A stretch of DNA of 64,000 nt, taken from the NCBI GenBank assembly GCA_963536495.1, contig CAUTAF010000007.1, positions 5,803-69,802 of the forward strand. Reading direction: 5' to 3'. The DNA comes from an uncultured Eubacteriales bacterium (GTDB taxonomy: Bacteria; Bacillota_I; Bacilli_A; RF39; UBA660). The position numbers were made by a program, and so were the translations under genes. Below, piece after piece: positions 1 through 9,599 of the stretch; position 1 is the first letter of the stretch; each line of letters starts with the position of its first letter. The notes below the pieces were generated by a model. It was given only the letters and a program-made list of their open reading frames with translations, did not search any database and had not been told where the DNA came from.

Positions 1-1422
1 TTAACAAAAGAATTACCAGAATTATCAAGAAAAAAAGAAAATATTATTCTTTTAGTTGTATCTTTAATATATACAGTTATAAGTTATATTTTCTTTGCTC
101 CAGGTCTTATTTCTCCAGATACTTATGTACAGTGGTTAGAAGCTATTGGACATAACGCTATAGGAGATGGTGGAAGTGCACTTCTTGGAATTATTTATAG
201 ACCGTTTGCAATGATTTTTGTAAAACCGGAAATCTTTTTAACATTTCAAGCATTCTTATTTGCATTTATTATAGGAAAAATAATCTTATATTTTAAAGAT
301 AAACTAAGTTATAAATTATTATTTTTACTTTGGATAGTATTTTTGATTTTACCTGCTAGTTTTGTATATTCGTTTACTTTATGGAAAGATATTCCTTTTA
401 CTTTAGTAGTACTTATCAACACTTATTTCTTACTAAGATATGTTAGAGGAGATTTAAATAACAAACTATGGTTATTATTTGGTATAACTAATACACTTAT
501 GTATTTCTTTAGACATAACGGTAAGATAGTTACGATGTTTTTAATAATTTATTTTATAATTCTGTTTATTTTAAAGAAAAAGAAAGAATTCTTAATATTT
601 ATATTAAGTTCAATTATTTTAATATTATTTATCTCAAAAATACTTTTTCCAGCATTTAAAGTTGATACTAGAATCAATCATGGTAACTCACCAATTACTA
701 CAATGGTAGCGCATGTATATAGTAAAGTTTTAATAGATAATCATAAAGTAGATAAAAAAATAGAAAAAATAATGGCTAAATATGCAGATAAAGATCATTA
801 TATAAAATTATATAATAAATATAATATTGACTATTTATCATTTAATGAAGATAGAATTAATAAATACTTAAAAAATAAAATGGATGTAAAAGAAACTATC
901 GAAGTATATTTTTACTTACTTACACATTATCCACATTATGTTATAGAAGAAAGATTTTTAGGAACTGATTTATTATGGAATATGTCAATGTCTAAAGAAA
1001 GTTTTAATTATATTTTTGTCGGAGGTGCAGAACTTTTAATATCAAAAGATTCAGAATATGAAATATATAAAAAGATAGATCCTAGAGTTAAAAATGAATT
1101 TACTTTCTTGCCACCAAAATATAATATTGGTAGTAAGTATTTTGATTTAGTGGCTAACTTAAGAACAAAATATAACATTTTGGATAATATTTTCTTTAGA
1201 GTAGGTATGTATATTAATTTATTGTTAATATTATGCTTATTTATCTTAAAACATAATAAAAAACATTTTATAATTACATCGGTAGTTTTAGTAAATACTT
1301 TTACTTGGGTAATCTTAATGTTACATCAATCATATAGATACTTATGGTATATTCCAGTATTAGTATTATTTATCTTATTATCAAGCATTCTTTATGTTAA
1401 GGAGAAAAAAGTAAATGAATAA
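1..1422 (+). CDS. Polytopic membrane protein, putative GT-C fold (polyprenol-phosphate-sugar dependent) glycosyltransferase; the 5' end lies outside the window
   Basis: Frame 1 is open from nt 1 with no stop before the annotated ATG at 211, so the gene starts upstream of the window. It has many TM helices, a ~170-aa hydrophilic loop and two C-terminal TM helices. It overlaps the downstream GT2 gene by 8 nt. It sits in a GT2 + small-flippase context like YfhO/CsbB/GtcA-type three-component glycosylation. Confidence 0.4.
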   Translation, partial: LTKELPELSRKKENIILLVVSLIYTVISYIFFAPGLISPDTYVQWLEAIGHNAIGDGGSALLGIIYRPFAMIFVKPEIFLTFQAFLFAFIIGKIILYFKDKLSYKLLFLLWIVFLILPASFVYSFTLWKDIPFTLVVLINTYFLLRYVRGDLNNKLWLLFGITNTLMYFFRHNGKIVTMFLIIYFIILFILKKKKEFLIFILSSIILILFISKILFPAFKVDTRINHGNSPITTMVAHVYSKVLIDNHKVDKKIEKIMAKYADKDHYIKLYNKYNIDYLSFNEDRINKYLKNKMDVKETIEVYFYLLTHYPHYVIEERFLGTDLLWNMSMSKESFNYIFVGGAELLISKDSEYEIYKKIDPRVKNEFTFLPPKYNIGSKYFDLVANLRTKYNILDNIFFRVGMYINLLLILCLFILKHNKKHFIITSVVLVNTFTWVILMLHQSYRYLWYIPVLVLFILLSSILYVKEKKVNE

Positions 1423-2110
1423 AAAAATTTTGGTTATAATACCAGCATATAACGAAGAAAAATCAATTGAGAAAACAGTTAGAAAACTTATTAAATTAAA
1501 ATATGATTATGTAGTAATAAATGATGGATCAAAAGATACAACACCTAAAATATTAGATGAAAATAATTTTAATCATATAGATTTAGTTCATAATTTAGGA
1601 ATAGGTGGAGCAGTTCAAACTGGATATAAATATGCTAAAGAAAATGGATATGATATTGCAGTTCAATTTGATGGAGATGGTCAACACGATGAAAATTACA
1701 TTAAAAAGATTACTGATCCATTAATTAAAGATGAAGCTGATTTAACAGTTGGTAGTAGATTTTTAGATGAAAAAAGTAGTGGATTTAAATCTACAAAAAT
1801 GAGAATTTTAGGTATAAAAATAATTTCTTTCTTTATTAAATTAAAAACTGGTAAAAAAATATATGATGTAACAAGTGGATTTAGAGCTTGTAATAAAAAG
1901 ATAATAAATCTTTTTGCAAATGATTATCCTTTTGAATATCCAGAACCAATTACTAATACAAAAGTTCTTTTAAATAAATATAAAGTAGAAGAAATACCAG
2001 TTAATATGTATGAAAGAGAAGAAGGTAAATCTAGTATTTATGCATATAAAAATATTTATTATATGATAAATGTAATATTATCTATTCTATTATTAAGGAG
2101 GAAAAAATAA
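1415..2110 (+). CDS. Family 2 glycosyltransferase (polyprenol-phosphate sugar synthase, CsbB/GtrB/ArnC-like)
   Basis: N-terminal 'IIPAYNEEKSIEKTV...VVINDGSKDTT' with a DGS/DxD-type GT2 signature, and 'FDGDGQHD' in the middle. Length is 231 aa. Confidence 0.75.
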   Translation: MNKKILVIIPAYNEEKSIEKTVRKLIKLKYDYVVINDGSKDTTPKILDENNFNHIDLVHNLGIGGAVQTGYKYAKENGYDIAVQFDGDGQHDENYIKKITDPLIKDEADLTVGSRFLDEKSSGFKSTKMRILGIKIISFFIKLKTGKKIYDVTSGFRACNKKIINLFANDYPFEYPEPITNTKVLLNKYKVEEIPVNMYEREEGKSSIYAYKNIYYMINVILSILLLRRKK

Positions 2111-2451
2111 TGGGTTTAAAATTAAAAATTTCTATATGCTTAACAGGATTATTGTTAATTTTACTTATTGTTAACTTTGTTAAAAAAGAAAAAATACCTA
2201 TAAAATATTCTTTAGTATGGTTATTTTCTGGATTAGTAATAGTTTTAATAGGTTTAATACCTAAAGTGTTTTTTGCTATATCATCATTAATGGGATTTAA
2301 AGTAATGTCTAATATGGTAATAGCAGTATTTATATTTTTAATAGTTTTAATTAATTTAGTATTTGCAGTTATTTTATCTAATCAAAACAAAAAGATAATT
2401 AATTTAACACAAGAAATATCTTTATTAAAATCAAAGAATAAAAAGAATTAG
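2110..2451 (+). CDS. Small membrane protein (DUF2304-like) commonly paired with GT2 enzymes
   Basis: 113 aa with 3 TM helices and a Lys-rich coiled tail. Its start overlaps the GT2 stop (ATAATG). Confidence 0.4.
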   Translation: MGLKLKISICLTGLLLILLIVNFVKKEKIPIKYSLVWLFSGLVIVLIGLIPKVFFAISSLMGFKVMSNMVIAVFIFLIVLINLVFAVILSNQNKKIINLTQEISLLKSKNKKN

Positions 2452-2459
2452 GAGATAAA

Positions 2460-2804
2460 ATGAATTATATAATTTTAATTTTATATGCATTATTTGCAGT
2501 AAGTGGTGCTAATTTAATGAAATATGGTGGAACTGTAGCAAATGTTTTTGTTATACCAGTAATAGATATAAAAATATCTTTACTATCTATTTTAGGACTT
2601 TTTTGTTACGGAGTAAGTTTCTTACTATATTTTGTTTTATTAAATAAATTTGACTTATCTTTCTTAATAGCAATTACATTACCACTTGTTTATGGTTTAT
2701 TGTTTTTAAGTTCGATATTTGTATTTCACGAAGCATTTACAATATCTAAATTACTTGGATTTGTACTTATGATAGTTGGTGGAATATTAATAGTAAAAAA
2801 ATAG
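2460..2804 (+). CDS. 4-TM small membrane protein, GtrA/ArnE-like putative lipid-linked sugar flippase
   Basis: 114 aa with four hydrophobic helices and an SMR/EamA-like architecture (GxxLxxxG ... VGGILIVKK). Its position next to a GT2 + GT-C pair supports the call. Confidence 0.4.
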   Translation: MNYIILILYALFAVSGANLMKYGGTVANVFVIPVIDIKISLLSILGLFCYGVSFLLYFVLLNKFDLSFLIAITLPLVYGLLFLSSIFVFHEAFTISKLLGFVLMIVGGILIVKK

Positions 2805-2812
2805 GAGAAATA

Positions 2813-3619
2813 ATGATTAAAAAAATATTTAATAATTTTTATAGATATTCTTTTTTATTAAGACAATTAATTTCTAGAGATTTTAAAGTCAAATATAAAA
2901 GAAGTGTACTTGGAATAGTGTGGTCGTTACTTTATCCACTTTTAATGCTTACTGTAATGACTGTTATTTTTTCCAGTTTTATGAAATTTAAAGTAGAAGG
3001 AACTAATTACATAGTTTATTTAATGATAGGTATAGTTTGTTTTAACTTTTTATCAGAAGCTACTAATTTATCCCTTGGAACAATAATTGATAATTATTCT
3101 TTAATAAATAAAGTTTATATACCAAAGTATATATTTCCATTATCAAAAATACTTTTTGTATTTATAAACTTTTTATTAACTTTAATACCTTTATTTTTAA
3201 TTATATTATTATCAAAAGTAGGTCTTGGAGTATATCCAGCTTACATAGGAATCAAATATATATATTTGATTTATATATTTTTCTGTTTACTTATCTTTAT
3301 TATAGGTTTAGGTTTAATATTTTCTTCAATTTCAGTATTTTTTAGAGATGTAATATATATTTATGGAATATTTTTAACTATTTGGAATTACTTTACTCCA
3401 ATATTTTATAATGTTGAAATGTTACCTCCATTACTTCAAAAAGTTATGAATTTTAATCCAATGTATCAAATTTTAAAAGCTACAAGACAAATAGTTTTAT
3501 ATGGACAAACACCTAGTCTTATGACTTTTTGTGCTATAACAGTATTTGCTTTAATCTTCTTTAGTCTTGGAGTTTTAATATTTAGAAAGAATCAAGATAA
3601 ATTTATCTATTATATTTAG
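2813..3619 (+). CDS. tagG: ABC-2 type polysaccharide/teichoic acid export permease (TagG/Wzm/KpsM-like)
   Basis: 268 aa with 6 TM helices. The N-terminal 'LISRDFKVKYKRSVLGIVWSLLYPLL' signature is typical of ABC-2 exporters. An ABC ATPase follows immediately. Confidence 0.7.
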   Translation: MIKKIFNNFYRYSFLLRQLISRDFKVKYKRSVLGIVWSLLYPLLMLTVMTVIFSSFMKFKVEGTNYIVYLMIGIVCFNFLSEATNLSLGTIIDNYSLINKVYIPKYIFPLSKILFVFINFLLTLIPLFLIILLSKVGLGVYPAYIGIKYIYLIYIFFCLLIFIIGLGLIFSSISVFFRDVIYIYGIFLTIWNYFTPIFYNVEMLPPLLQKVMNFNPMYQILKATRQIVLYGQTPSLMTFCAITVFALIFFSLGVLIFRKNQDKFIYYI

Positions 3620-3621
3620 AG

Positions 3622-4401
3622 GTGAAAAAAGTGAATAAAGAAAAAATGATAGAAGTTAAAAATGTTTCTATGAAATTTAATTTAGGAATAGAAAAAGGTA
3701 CTTCTTTAAAACAACAAATAATATCTTTATTTAGCATAAAGAAAAGAAAAAAATTAAAAGAGATAAAAAATAAAAATAATTTTTATGCTTTAAAAGATGT
3801 TAACTTTGAAATAAATAAAGGTGAAGTAGTTGGTTTAGTTGGTAAAAATGGAGCAGGTAAATCTACTTTATTAAAAGTAGTAAGTGGTGTGATGAAAGCT
3901 ACTAAAGGAAAAGTAATAGCACATGGAAATATATCACCTATGATAGAGTTAGGTGCAGGTTTTGATTTTAATTTAACTGCTAAAGAAAACATTTATTTAA
4001 ATGGAGCTATTTTAGGTTATTCTGAAAGTTTAATAAATGAAAAATTTGAAGAAATAGTAGAGTTTTCAGAACTTAGCAGTTTTTTAGATGTTCCAGTTAA
4101 AAATTTTTCTTCAGGTATGATAGCAAAACTAGCATTTTCTATCGCTACTATAATAGATCCTGAAATACTTATCGTTGATGAAATATTATCAGTAGGAGAT
4201 ATTCAGTTTCAAGAAAAATCAAAAAGAAAAATGTTAGAAATGATAAAAGGTGGAACAACAGTTTTATATGTATCGCATTCTCTTGATTCTATTAAAGATT
4301 TATGTTCGAAAGCAATATGGCTTGAAAATGGACAAGTTGTAATGATAGATAAAGCTAAAAAAGTATGTGATCAGTATTATAAAAAAACAATGGGAGAATA
4401 A
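3622..4401 (+). CDS. tagH: ABC transporter ATP-binding protein (TagH/Wzt-like, short form)
   Basis: Walker A 'GLVGKNGAGKSTLLK', ABC signature 'FSSGM', Walker B 'ILIVDE'. Start is GTG at 3622 or 3631. It is coupled to the upstream permease. Confidence 0.8.
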   Translation: MKKVNKEKMIEVKNVSMKFNLGIEKGTSLKQQIISLFSIKKRKKLKEIKNKNNFYALKDVNFEINKGEVVGLVGKNGAGKSTLLKVVSGVMKATKGKVIAHGNISPMIELGAGFDFNLTAKENIYLNGAILGYSESLINEKFEEIVEFSELSSFLDVPVKNFSSGMIAKLAFSIATIIDPEILIVDEILSVGDIQFQEKSKRKMLEMIKGGTTVLYVSHSLDSIKDLCSKAIWLENGQVVMIDKAKKVCDQYYKKTMGE

Positions 4402-6320
4402 TGTTAATGAAAGAAGAAAAAGTAATTACATTTGATGTATGGGATACATTAATAAAAAGAAAATGTCATCCAGAAGAAATAAAAAAATATATTACTACAT
4501 ATATATTGATTACATATTTTAATAATATAAAAGAAGAAGAAAAAGATGAATATAAGCTTTATTATAAAAGATTAAAAATAGAAGATGATGAGTATAAGAA
4601 AAATACTGAATGTAATATTTATAGTGTATTTGAAAGATTATTAGATGAAATATTAATAGATAAAAAAGATATTAAAAAAATAGTTAATGATCTTGTTGAT
4701 AAAGAAACAGAAAGAGAAATAAAAGTTACTTATGTAAATCCTGATATTTTAAAAATTTTAAAACAATATAAAGATAATAAAAAGTATTGTATTTCTGATT
4801 TTTATATGGGAGAAAAAGAATTATCTAAAATATTAAAACATCATGATTTACTTAAATATTTTACTAAGATTTATTCTTCAGTTGATGTATTAAAAACTAA
4901 AAGAAATAATGGAGAAATATTTAAATATTTTTCTAAAGTAGAAAAGATTGATTTAAATAATATAATTCATGTTGGAGATAATCAAATTTCTGATATTGAT
5001 ATACCAAAAAGTTTGGGTATAGAAACTATCAAAATAGAAAATGTATCTAAATATAATTTAGAAAAAGATAAATTAAATTTAGGATTAGAATCGATTAAAA
5101 AATTAGGAAGTGAAGCAAAAGATAAAACATATAATATTGGTGTTGATTTAGCTCCTTTAGCATATTTTTTTATCTATGATAATATCAAAACTGCATATAG
5201 TTTAGGTTATGATAAAATATATTATCAAACTAGAGAAGGTGAAACTTTTATTAAATTTCATGATTTAATTACGAAAGATAATATCTTTGATTTTAAGATG
5301 GATTCTGAAATATTAGAAGTTTCTAGAGTAGCGACATTTACACCATCTTTAGAAAGAATAGATACAGGTAATTTACTTAGATTATGGGCTCAATATAGAG
5401 AACAAAGTTTAAAATCATTATTTAAAACTTTAAATATTGATATAAAAGAATATAAAGAAAAAATAAAAGAATATAACTTAACTGAAGATGAAGTTATAGC
5501 TAATCCACAATTCGATTTTAGATTATGGAGTTTTCTAGAAGATGAAGAAGTAAGTAAAAAGTTAGAATCAGAAAGAGTCAAGAAAAAAGAAGAGTTAATA
5601 AAATATTTTGAAACTAAGATAAGTAAAATTGATAAAAAAATATATTTAACAGATATTGGATGGAGAGGTACTATTCAAGATAATATTGCATATATTTTTA
5701 AAGATAAACAAATAGATGGTTATTATATATCATTATATGAATATTATAATTATCAACCTAAAAATACTAGAAAATTTGCACTTATAACAGATAAAGAGTT
5801 TTTATATGATACATTTCAATATTTAATAACTTTTTTAGAAAATTGTTTTACACCTGCGAGTGGTTCTGTAATAGGTTATAAAGATAAAAAAGCTATAAGA
5901 AAAGTTATAACTAATGAAAAAGAATTCAATGAAAAACATATCCTTGATATTCAAGAAGGTATGATGGATGGAATTAAAAAGATAAATGAATATATGAAAT
6001 ATAGAAGTGTGTTTAAAAAAGATTACACTCAATATATAGATAATGTTTTAACTGAAATAAAATATAAACCATCTAAAGAAATAGTAGATGTATATACATC
6101 AATAGTACAAAATGATATTTTTGGAACTGGAGATGTAATATCTAAAAATAAAAATATAACTTTTATACAAAAATTAAATCCTTTTTATATTAGAAAAAGA
6201 TTAAGAGATGAAATATGGAAAGAAATAATAGTTAAAAAATATAATTTAAATTTTTATTATGCTTTCTATAAGCTATTAAGTAAGATAAAAAGAATAATTA
6301 AAAAAGAGGCTAAGAAATGA
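4401..6320 (+). CDS. Hypothetical 639-aa protein with an N-terminal HAD-like motif, likely glycopolymer-modifying
   Basis: Begins 'ITFDVWDTLIKR', matching HAD motif I (DxD). Its start overlaps the TagH stop (TAATG). No other motif was recognised. Confidence 0.35.
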   Translation: MLMKEEKVITFDVWDTLIKRKCHPEEIKKYITTYILITYFNNIKEEEKDEYKLYYKRLKIEDDEYKKNTECNIYSVFERLLDEILIDKKDIKKIVNDLVDKETEREIKVTYVNPDILKILKQYKDNKKYCISDFYMGEKELSKILKHHDLLKYFTKIYSSVDVLKTKRNNGEIFKYFSKVEKIDLNNIIHVGDNQISDIDIPKSLGIETIKIENVSKYNLEKDKLNLGLESIKKLGSEAKDKTYNIGVDLAPLAYFFIYDNIKTAYSLGYDKIYYQTREGETFIKFHDLITKDNIFDFKMDSEILEVSRVATFTPSLERIDTGNLLRLWAQYREQSLKSLFKTLNIDIKEYKEKIKEYNLTEDEVIANPQFDFRLWSFLEDEEVSKKLESERVKKKEELIKYFETKISKIDKKIYLTDIGWRGTIQDNIAYIFKDKQIDGYYISLYEYYNYQPKNTRKFALITDKEFLYDTFQYLITFLENCFTPASGSVIGYKDKKAIRKVITNEKEFNEKHILDIQEGMMDGIKKINEYMKYRSVFKKDYTQYIDNVLTEIKYKPSKEIVDVYTSIVQNDIFGTGDVISKNKNITFIQKLNPFYIRKRLRDEIWKEIIVKKYNLNFYYAFYKLLSKIKRIIKKEAKK

Positions 6321-7258
6321 AAAAAATAGATATTTTATGTTTAAATAGCAAAAATAAAATAGAAAATGAAATTATAGATAAAATGTTTAAAGATGTTAAA
6401 AAGATGTCTTATAAAGAACTAATGCAAAATAAAATTGATTATAAAGATGTTAATCAATTAATAATATTTGCAATTAGTGATGAAACTATAGATATAATAG
6501 AAAAATTAAAAGAAAAAGTTAAGATAAAAGTTATATCTGATATATATGAAGGAATATTATTTAATCATAAAGAAAAAGATAATTATTTGAAAGTTTTAGA
6601 ATATTTAAAAAATAAAGATATTTATAAATTATATTTTTTAAAAAAGGGTGTATATGAAGCTTATAAAATTAAAAAATATAATGTTGGTTATATAATGCCT
6701 AATTATATAGTTAATAATATTAAGACTAAAAAGAAGTCAAAAGAAAACCTAGTTATAGGAGCATATAAACATCATTTTAATTGGAATAATAATACAGTTA
6801 ATACTTTATCTGTAGCAAGATTTTTTGATGATTCATTACTTGTTTATAATAGATATGATGATTATATCGAAAAAGACTTTTTAGATGTTTTTAATATAAA
6901 ATATAAAATATTAGAACAATTTAAAGATTTAGATTCGTATTTAAAAGCTTTAGCAAATTCATCTATAGTCTTAGATTTAGAATTTACAAATAATTTTAAT
7001 TTAAATTTTATGATGTCTTCAGAACTTAAAATTCCATGTTTACTTGGTAATAATAGCGATTTCTTTTCTAACTTAGATTTTAAAGAAAAAGAATTATTTG
7101 TCACATCTTCTGAAGATAATCCATATTTAAATTCTCTAAAAATAAAAGAATTATTAAATAATAAAAATTTAGAAAAAATATTAAATGATTTATATAAATG
7201 GAAACAAGAATATAATAAATTACAAAAAGAAAATATGAAAAAAGTGATGGAGGATTAA
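6317..7258 (+). CDS. Hypothetical protein, degenerate GT-B glycosyltransferase-like paralog of the next gene
   Basis: C-terminal 'KIPCLLGNNSDFFSNL...SEDNPY' parallels 'VPCLIGNNNDYFLSS...REDDPIY' in the next ORF. Its start overlaps the upstream stop. Confidence 0.3.
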   Translation: MKKIDILCLNSKNKIENEIIDKMFKDVKKMSYKELMQNKIDYKDVNQLIIFAISDETIDIIEKLKEKVKIKVISDIYEGILFNHKEKDNYLKVLEYLKNKDIYKLYFLKKGVYEAYKIKKYNVGYIMPNYIVNNIKTKKKSKENLVIGAYKHHFNWNNNTVNTLSVARFFDDSLLVYNRYDDYIEKDFLDVFNIKYKILEQFKDLDSYLKALANSSIVLDLEFTNNFNLNFMMSSELKIPCLLGNNSDFFSNLDFKEKELFVTSSEDNPYLNSLKIKELLNNKNLEKILNDLYKWKQEYNKLQKENMKKVMED

Positions 7259-7259
7259 T

Positions 7260-8411
7260 ATGAGAAAATTAAAGAAAATAATTTCAAAAATTATTAAACC
7301 TAACAGTTTTTTATATAGAGTACTTAAAAAGACTTATCATAAGTTAAGTGATATAAAATTTATTATAACTTCTAAATTAAAGCAGTTTTATAAAAAAGTT
7401 AGTATTAAAAATATTAAAGAAACAAATAAGATAATAAAGGAATTTAATAAAGTATCAAAAAATAAATATGTAACATTTTATAATCCGACTTGGTTAGGAG
7501 TAGCGAATTCTACTAAAGGTTTATTTAAATCAAATGTTGCTATGGAAGGATTATATTCTTCTTATTCAATTAAGAAACTTGCTAAAGTTATAGCTAAAAG
7601 TAAAGTTGAAGTAATAGTTTTTTCACAAATTTGTGATGGATGGCCAGAATTAATTAAAGAGATAAATAAAGAAAATAAAGATAAGAAAATAAAGGTATTA
7701 TGGCATGCTAATAACTTTGAAGTTTTATCAACTTATACATGGAATTTAAATAAAAAAGTATTGGATTTATATAATAAAAAATATATTGATTCATTTGCAT
7801 TCGTTAAAGAAACTATGACTAAGTTTTATAATGCTTCTGGAATAAAATCTTTTAAATTAATAAATAATGTAAAATCAGTAGAAGAAAAGAATTTAAAAAC
7901 ACAAGAAAAAGAAAAAATAATAGGAGTATATAATTCTCATTCAAGAGAACTTAAAAATATTTATACACAAATATTATCAGTATCTTTAATGGATGGTTAT
8001 ACTGTAGATATAGTACCTTCAACTGAAGAGATAAATAGTTATTGTGAACAAATGAATATTAAGTATGAAGCAGTTAATAAATTTATTACTACTGATGAAC
8101 TTATGAAGAGAATTCAAAAAAATGAAATAAATATTTATCCTACATTTACAGAATGTGCACCTATGTTTCCTTTAGAAAGTTTTGAACATGGAGTACCATG
8201 CCTTATTGGAAATAATAATGATTATTTCTTATCTAGTAAAGAACTTAGAAAATATGTAACTGTAGAAAGAGAAGATGATCCTATTTATATAAAAGAAAAG
8301 ATAAAAGAAGTTATAAAAAATAAAGATAAGATAATGAAATTATATAGAGAATGGAAAAAAGAATTTGATAAAGAAGTCGAAAAAGAAGTAGATGAATTTA
8401 TAAATAATTAG
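7260..8411 (+). CDS. GT-B fold (GT4-like) glycosyltransferase
   Basis: C-terminal 'ECAPMFPLESFEHGVPCLIGN' resembles the GT4 E-x7-E motif and its following Gly/Pro turn. The gene is operonic with tagGH. Confidence 0.4.
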   Translation: MRKLKKIISKIIKPNSFLYRVLKKTYHKLSDIKFIITSKLKQFYKKVSIKNIKETNKIIKEFNKVSKNKYVTFYNPTWLGVANSTKGLFKSNVAMEGLYSSYSIKKLAKVIAKSKVEVIVFSQICDGWPELIKEINKENKDKKIKVLWHANNFEVLSTYTWNLNKKVLDLYNKKYIDSFAFVKETMTKFYNASGIKSFKLINNVKSVEEKNLKTQEKEKIIGVYNSHSRELKNIYTQILSVSLMDGYTVDIVPSTEEINSYCEQMNIKYEAVNKFITTDELMKRIQKNEINIYPTFTECAPMFPLESFEHGVPCLIGNNNDYFLSSKELRKYVTVEREDDPIYIKEKIKEVIKNKDKIMKLYREWKKEFDKEVEKEVDEFINN

Positions 8412-8419
8412 GTGAAAAT

Positions 8420-8899
8420 ATGAGAAAAGTACTTAGTTGGGATGAATATTTTATGTCTTTGGCTCATTTATCTGCTGTTAGAAGTAAAGATCCTTCAACA
8501 CAAGTTGGAGCTGTAATAGTTGATTCAAGTAATAGAGTAGTAGGTCTTGGATATAATGGATTTCCAAGAGGATGTGATGATGAAAAATTTCCTTGGGAAA
8601 GAGAAGGAGAATTTTTAGATACTAAATATGCATATGTAGTTCATGCAGAACTTAATGCAATATTAAATTCTAATAAACTTATAGAAAATTGTAGATTATA
8701 TGTATCTTTATTTCCATGTAATGAATGTTCAAAAGCAATTATTCAGTCTGGTATAAAAGAAATAATATATGAATCTGATAAATATAAAAACTTAGATAAT
8801 TTTAAAGCATCTAAAAGAATGTTAGAAGAAGCGGGTATAAAATTAAGACAATTAGATTATGAAATAGATTTAGATATTAAGATAAATAAAAAGAATTAA
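8420..8899 (+). CDS. comEB: Deoxycytidylate (dCMP) deaminase
   Basis: Zinc-binding motifs 'HAELNAI' and 'PCNECSKAI' of the cytidine/dCMP deaminase family. Length is 159 aa. Confidence 0.8.
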   Translation: MRKVLSWDEYFMSLAHLSAVRSKDPSTQVGAVIVDSSNRVVGLGYNGFPRGCDDEKFPWEREGEFLDTKYAYVVHAELNAILNSNKLIENCRLYVSLFPCNECSKAIIQSGIKEIIYESDKYKNLDNFKASKRMLEEAGIKLRQLDYEIDLDIKINKKN

Positions 8900-8920
8900 G
8901 TTTGACTTAATTCTTTTTTA
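8891..8920. terminator. Bidirectional rho-independent terminator between convergent genes
   Basis: Hairpin AAGAATTAAG-tttga-CTTAATTCTT followed by a T-tract. Confidence 0.55.
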
Positions 8921-9271
8921 CATATTACCTAATTGTTTTTTAATAAAGTCTGGCATAAGAGTTTGTGGTTTTATATCTTGTTCTGTTTCTAGATTAAAAT
9001 TATTTAATCTGTTTATTCTATCTGTATCTGATATATATTTATCATAGTTTTCTTTTAAAAATTCAAAAACTACAGGTTCGTTTAAGACATCTTTTTGTTG
9101 AAATTCTTCAATTTTTTTATCTACATCTTCTTTTGTTACTTCATAAGCCACTTCTTTTTTAGATGGATTTAATTCTTCTTTTAATAAATTTATTTTTATT
9201 AATGCTTCATTAACATTATTATTTTTTAATAAGTTTTCTAGTTCAATTAATTTATCATACATATTAAACAC
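8918..9271 (-). CDS. Hypothetical acidic cytoplasmic protein
   Basis: 117-aa ORF with good coding appearance. No motif was recognised. Confidence 0.4.
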   Translation of the reverse strand: MFNMYDKLIELENLLKNNNVNEALIKINLLKEELNPSKKEVAYEVTKEDVDKKIEEFQQKDVLNEPVVFEFLKENYDKYISDTDRINRLNNFNLETEQDIKPQTLMPDFIKKQLGNM

Positions 9272-9515
9272 CTAAGACTTTCTTTAAAACATTTGAAAAT
9301 TCTAATAATACTTGATTATATTCAAATTTACTTTTTATAGTTTGAACAAGTTGTCTGTTAAAATTATCTTTTATAATTCTTACAAAAAATATTTTAGGAT
9401 TTAATGAGTTATCTAATTCTTGAACTACTAAATATTCACGATCTGCTATTTTTAATAAATCTAGTACTTTAACTTCTTTATTAAGTTCATTTACCTTTAT
9501 AGTCATGTCCTTCAT
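9264..9515 (-). CDS. Small DUF1292-like protein
   Basis: The likely true start is MKDMTIKVNEL..., which has an AGGAGA RBS 6 nt upstream. The pattern of hydrophobic and acidic residues resembles the Firmicutes DUF1292 family. Confidence 0.3.
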   Translation of the reverse strand: MKDMTIKVNELNKEVKVLDLLKIADREYLVVQELDNSLNPKIFFVRIIKDNFNRQLVQTIKSKFEYNQVLLEFSNVLKKVLGV

Positions 9516-9599
9516 ATTCTCTCCTATAATATACATTATATAAAAAAGATGGAAAAATAACAATATTTATAATAAAATATTAAACGAAACGGAGAGGTT

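Noticed and set aside
3783-3992. Short ORFs lying entirely inside larger CDSs, antisense or in an alternative frame. The antisense ones are 3783-3992, 5390-5581, 5835-6032, 6862-7104, 12980-13189, 13606-13806, 17090-17323, 22436-22819, 22740-22949, 26314-26532, 34463-34933, 36084-36272, 39360-39722, 40768-41061, 42919-43224, 53040-53246, 53204-53596, 54273-54614, 54647-55306, 56058-56255 and 46472-46690. The alternative-frame sense ORFs are 20193-20390, 25572-25865 and 25872-26075.
   Set aside because: All lie fully inside well-supported genes, for example dnaK/dnaJ, infB and the LRR genes. Their translations are low-complexity Ser/Leu/Phe/Ile-rich, as expected from the reverse complement of Lys/Glu/Asn-rich AT-rich coding DNA. 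None has an RBS.
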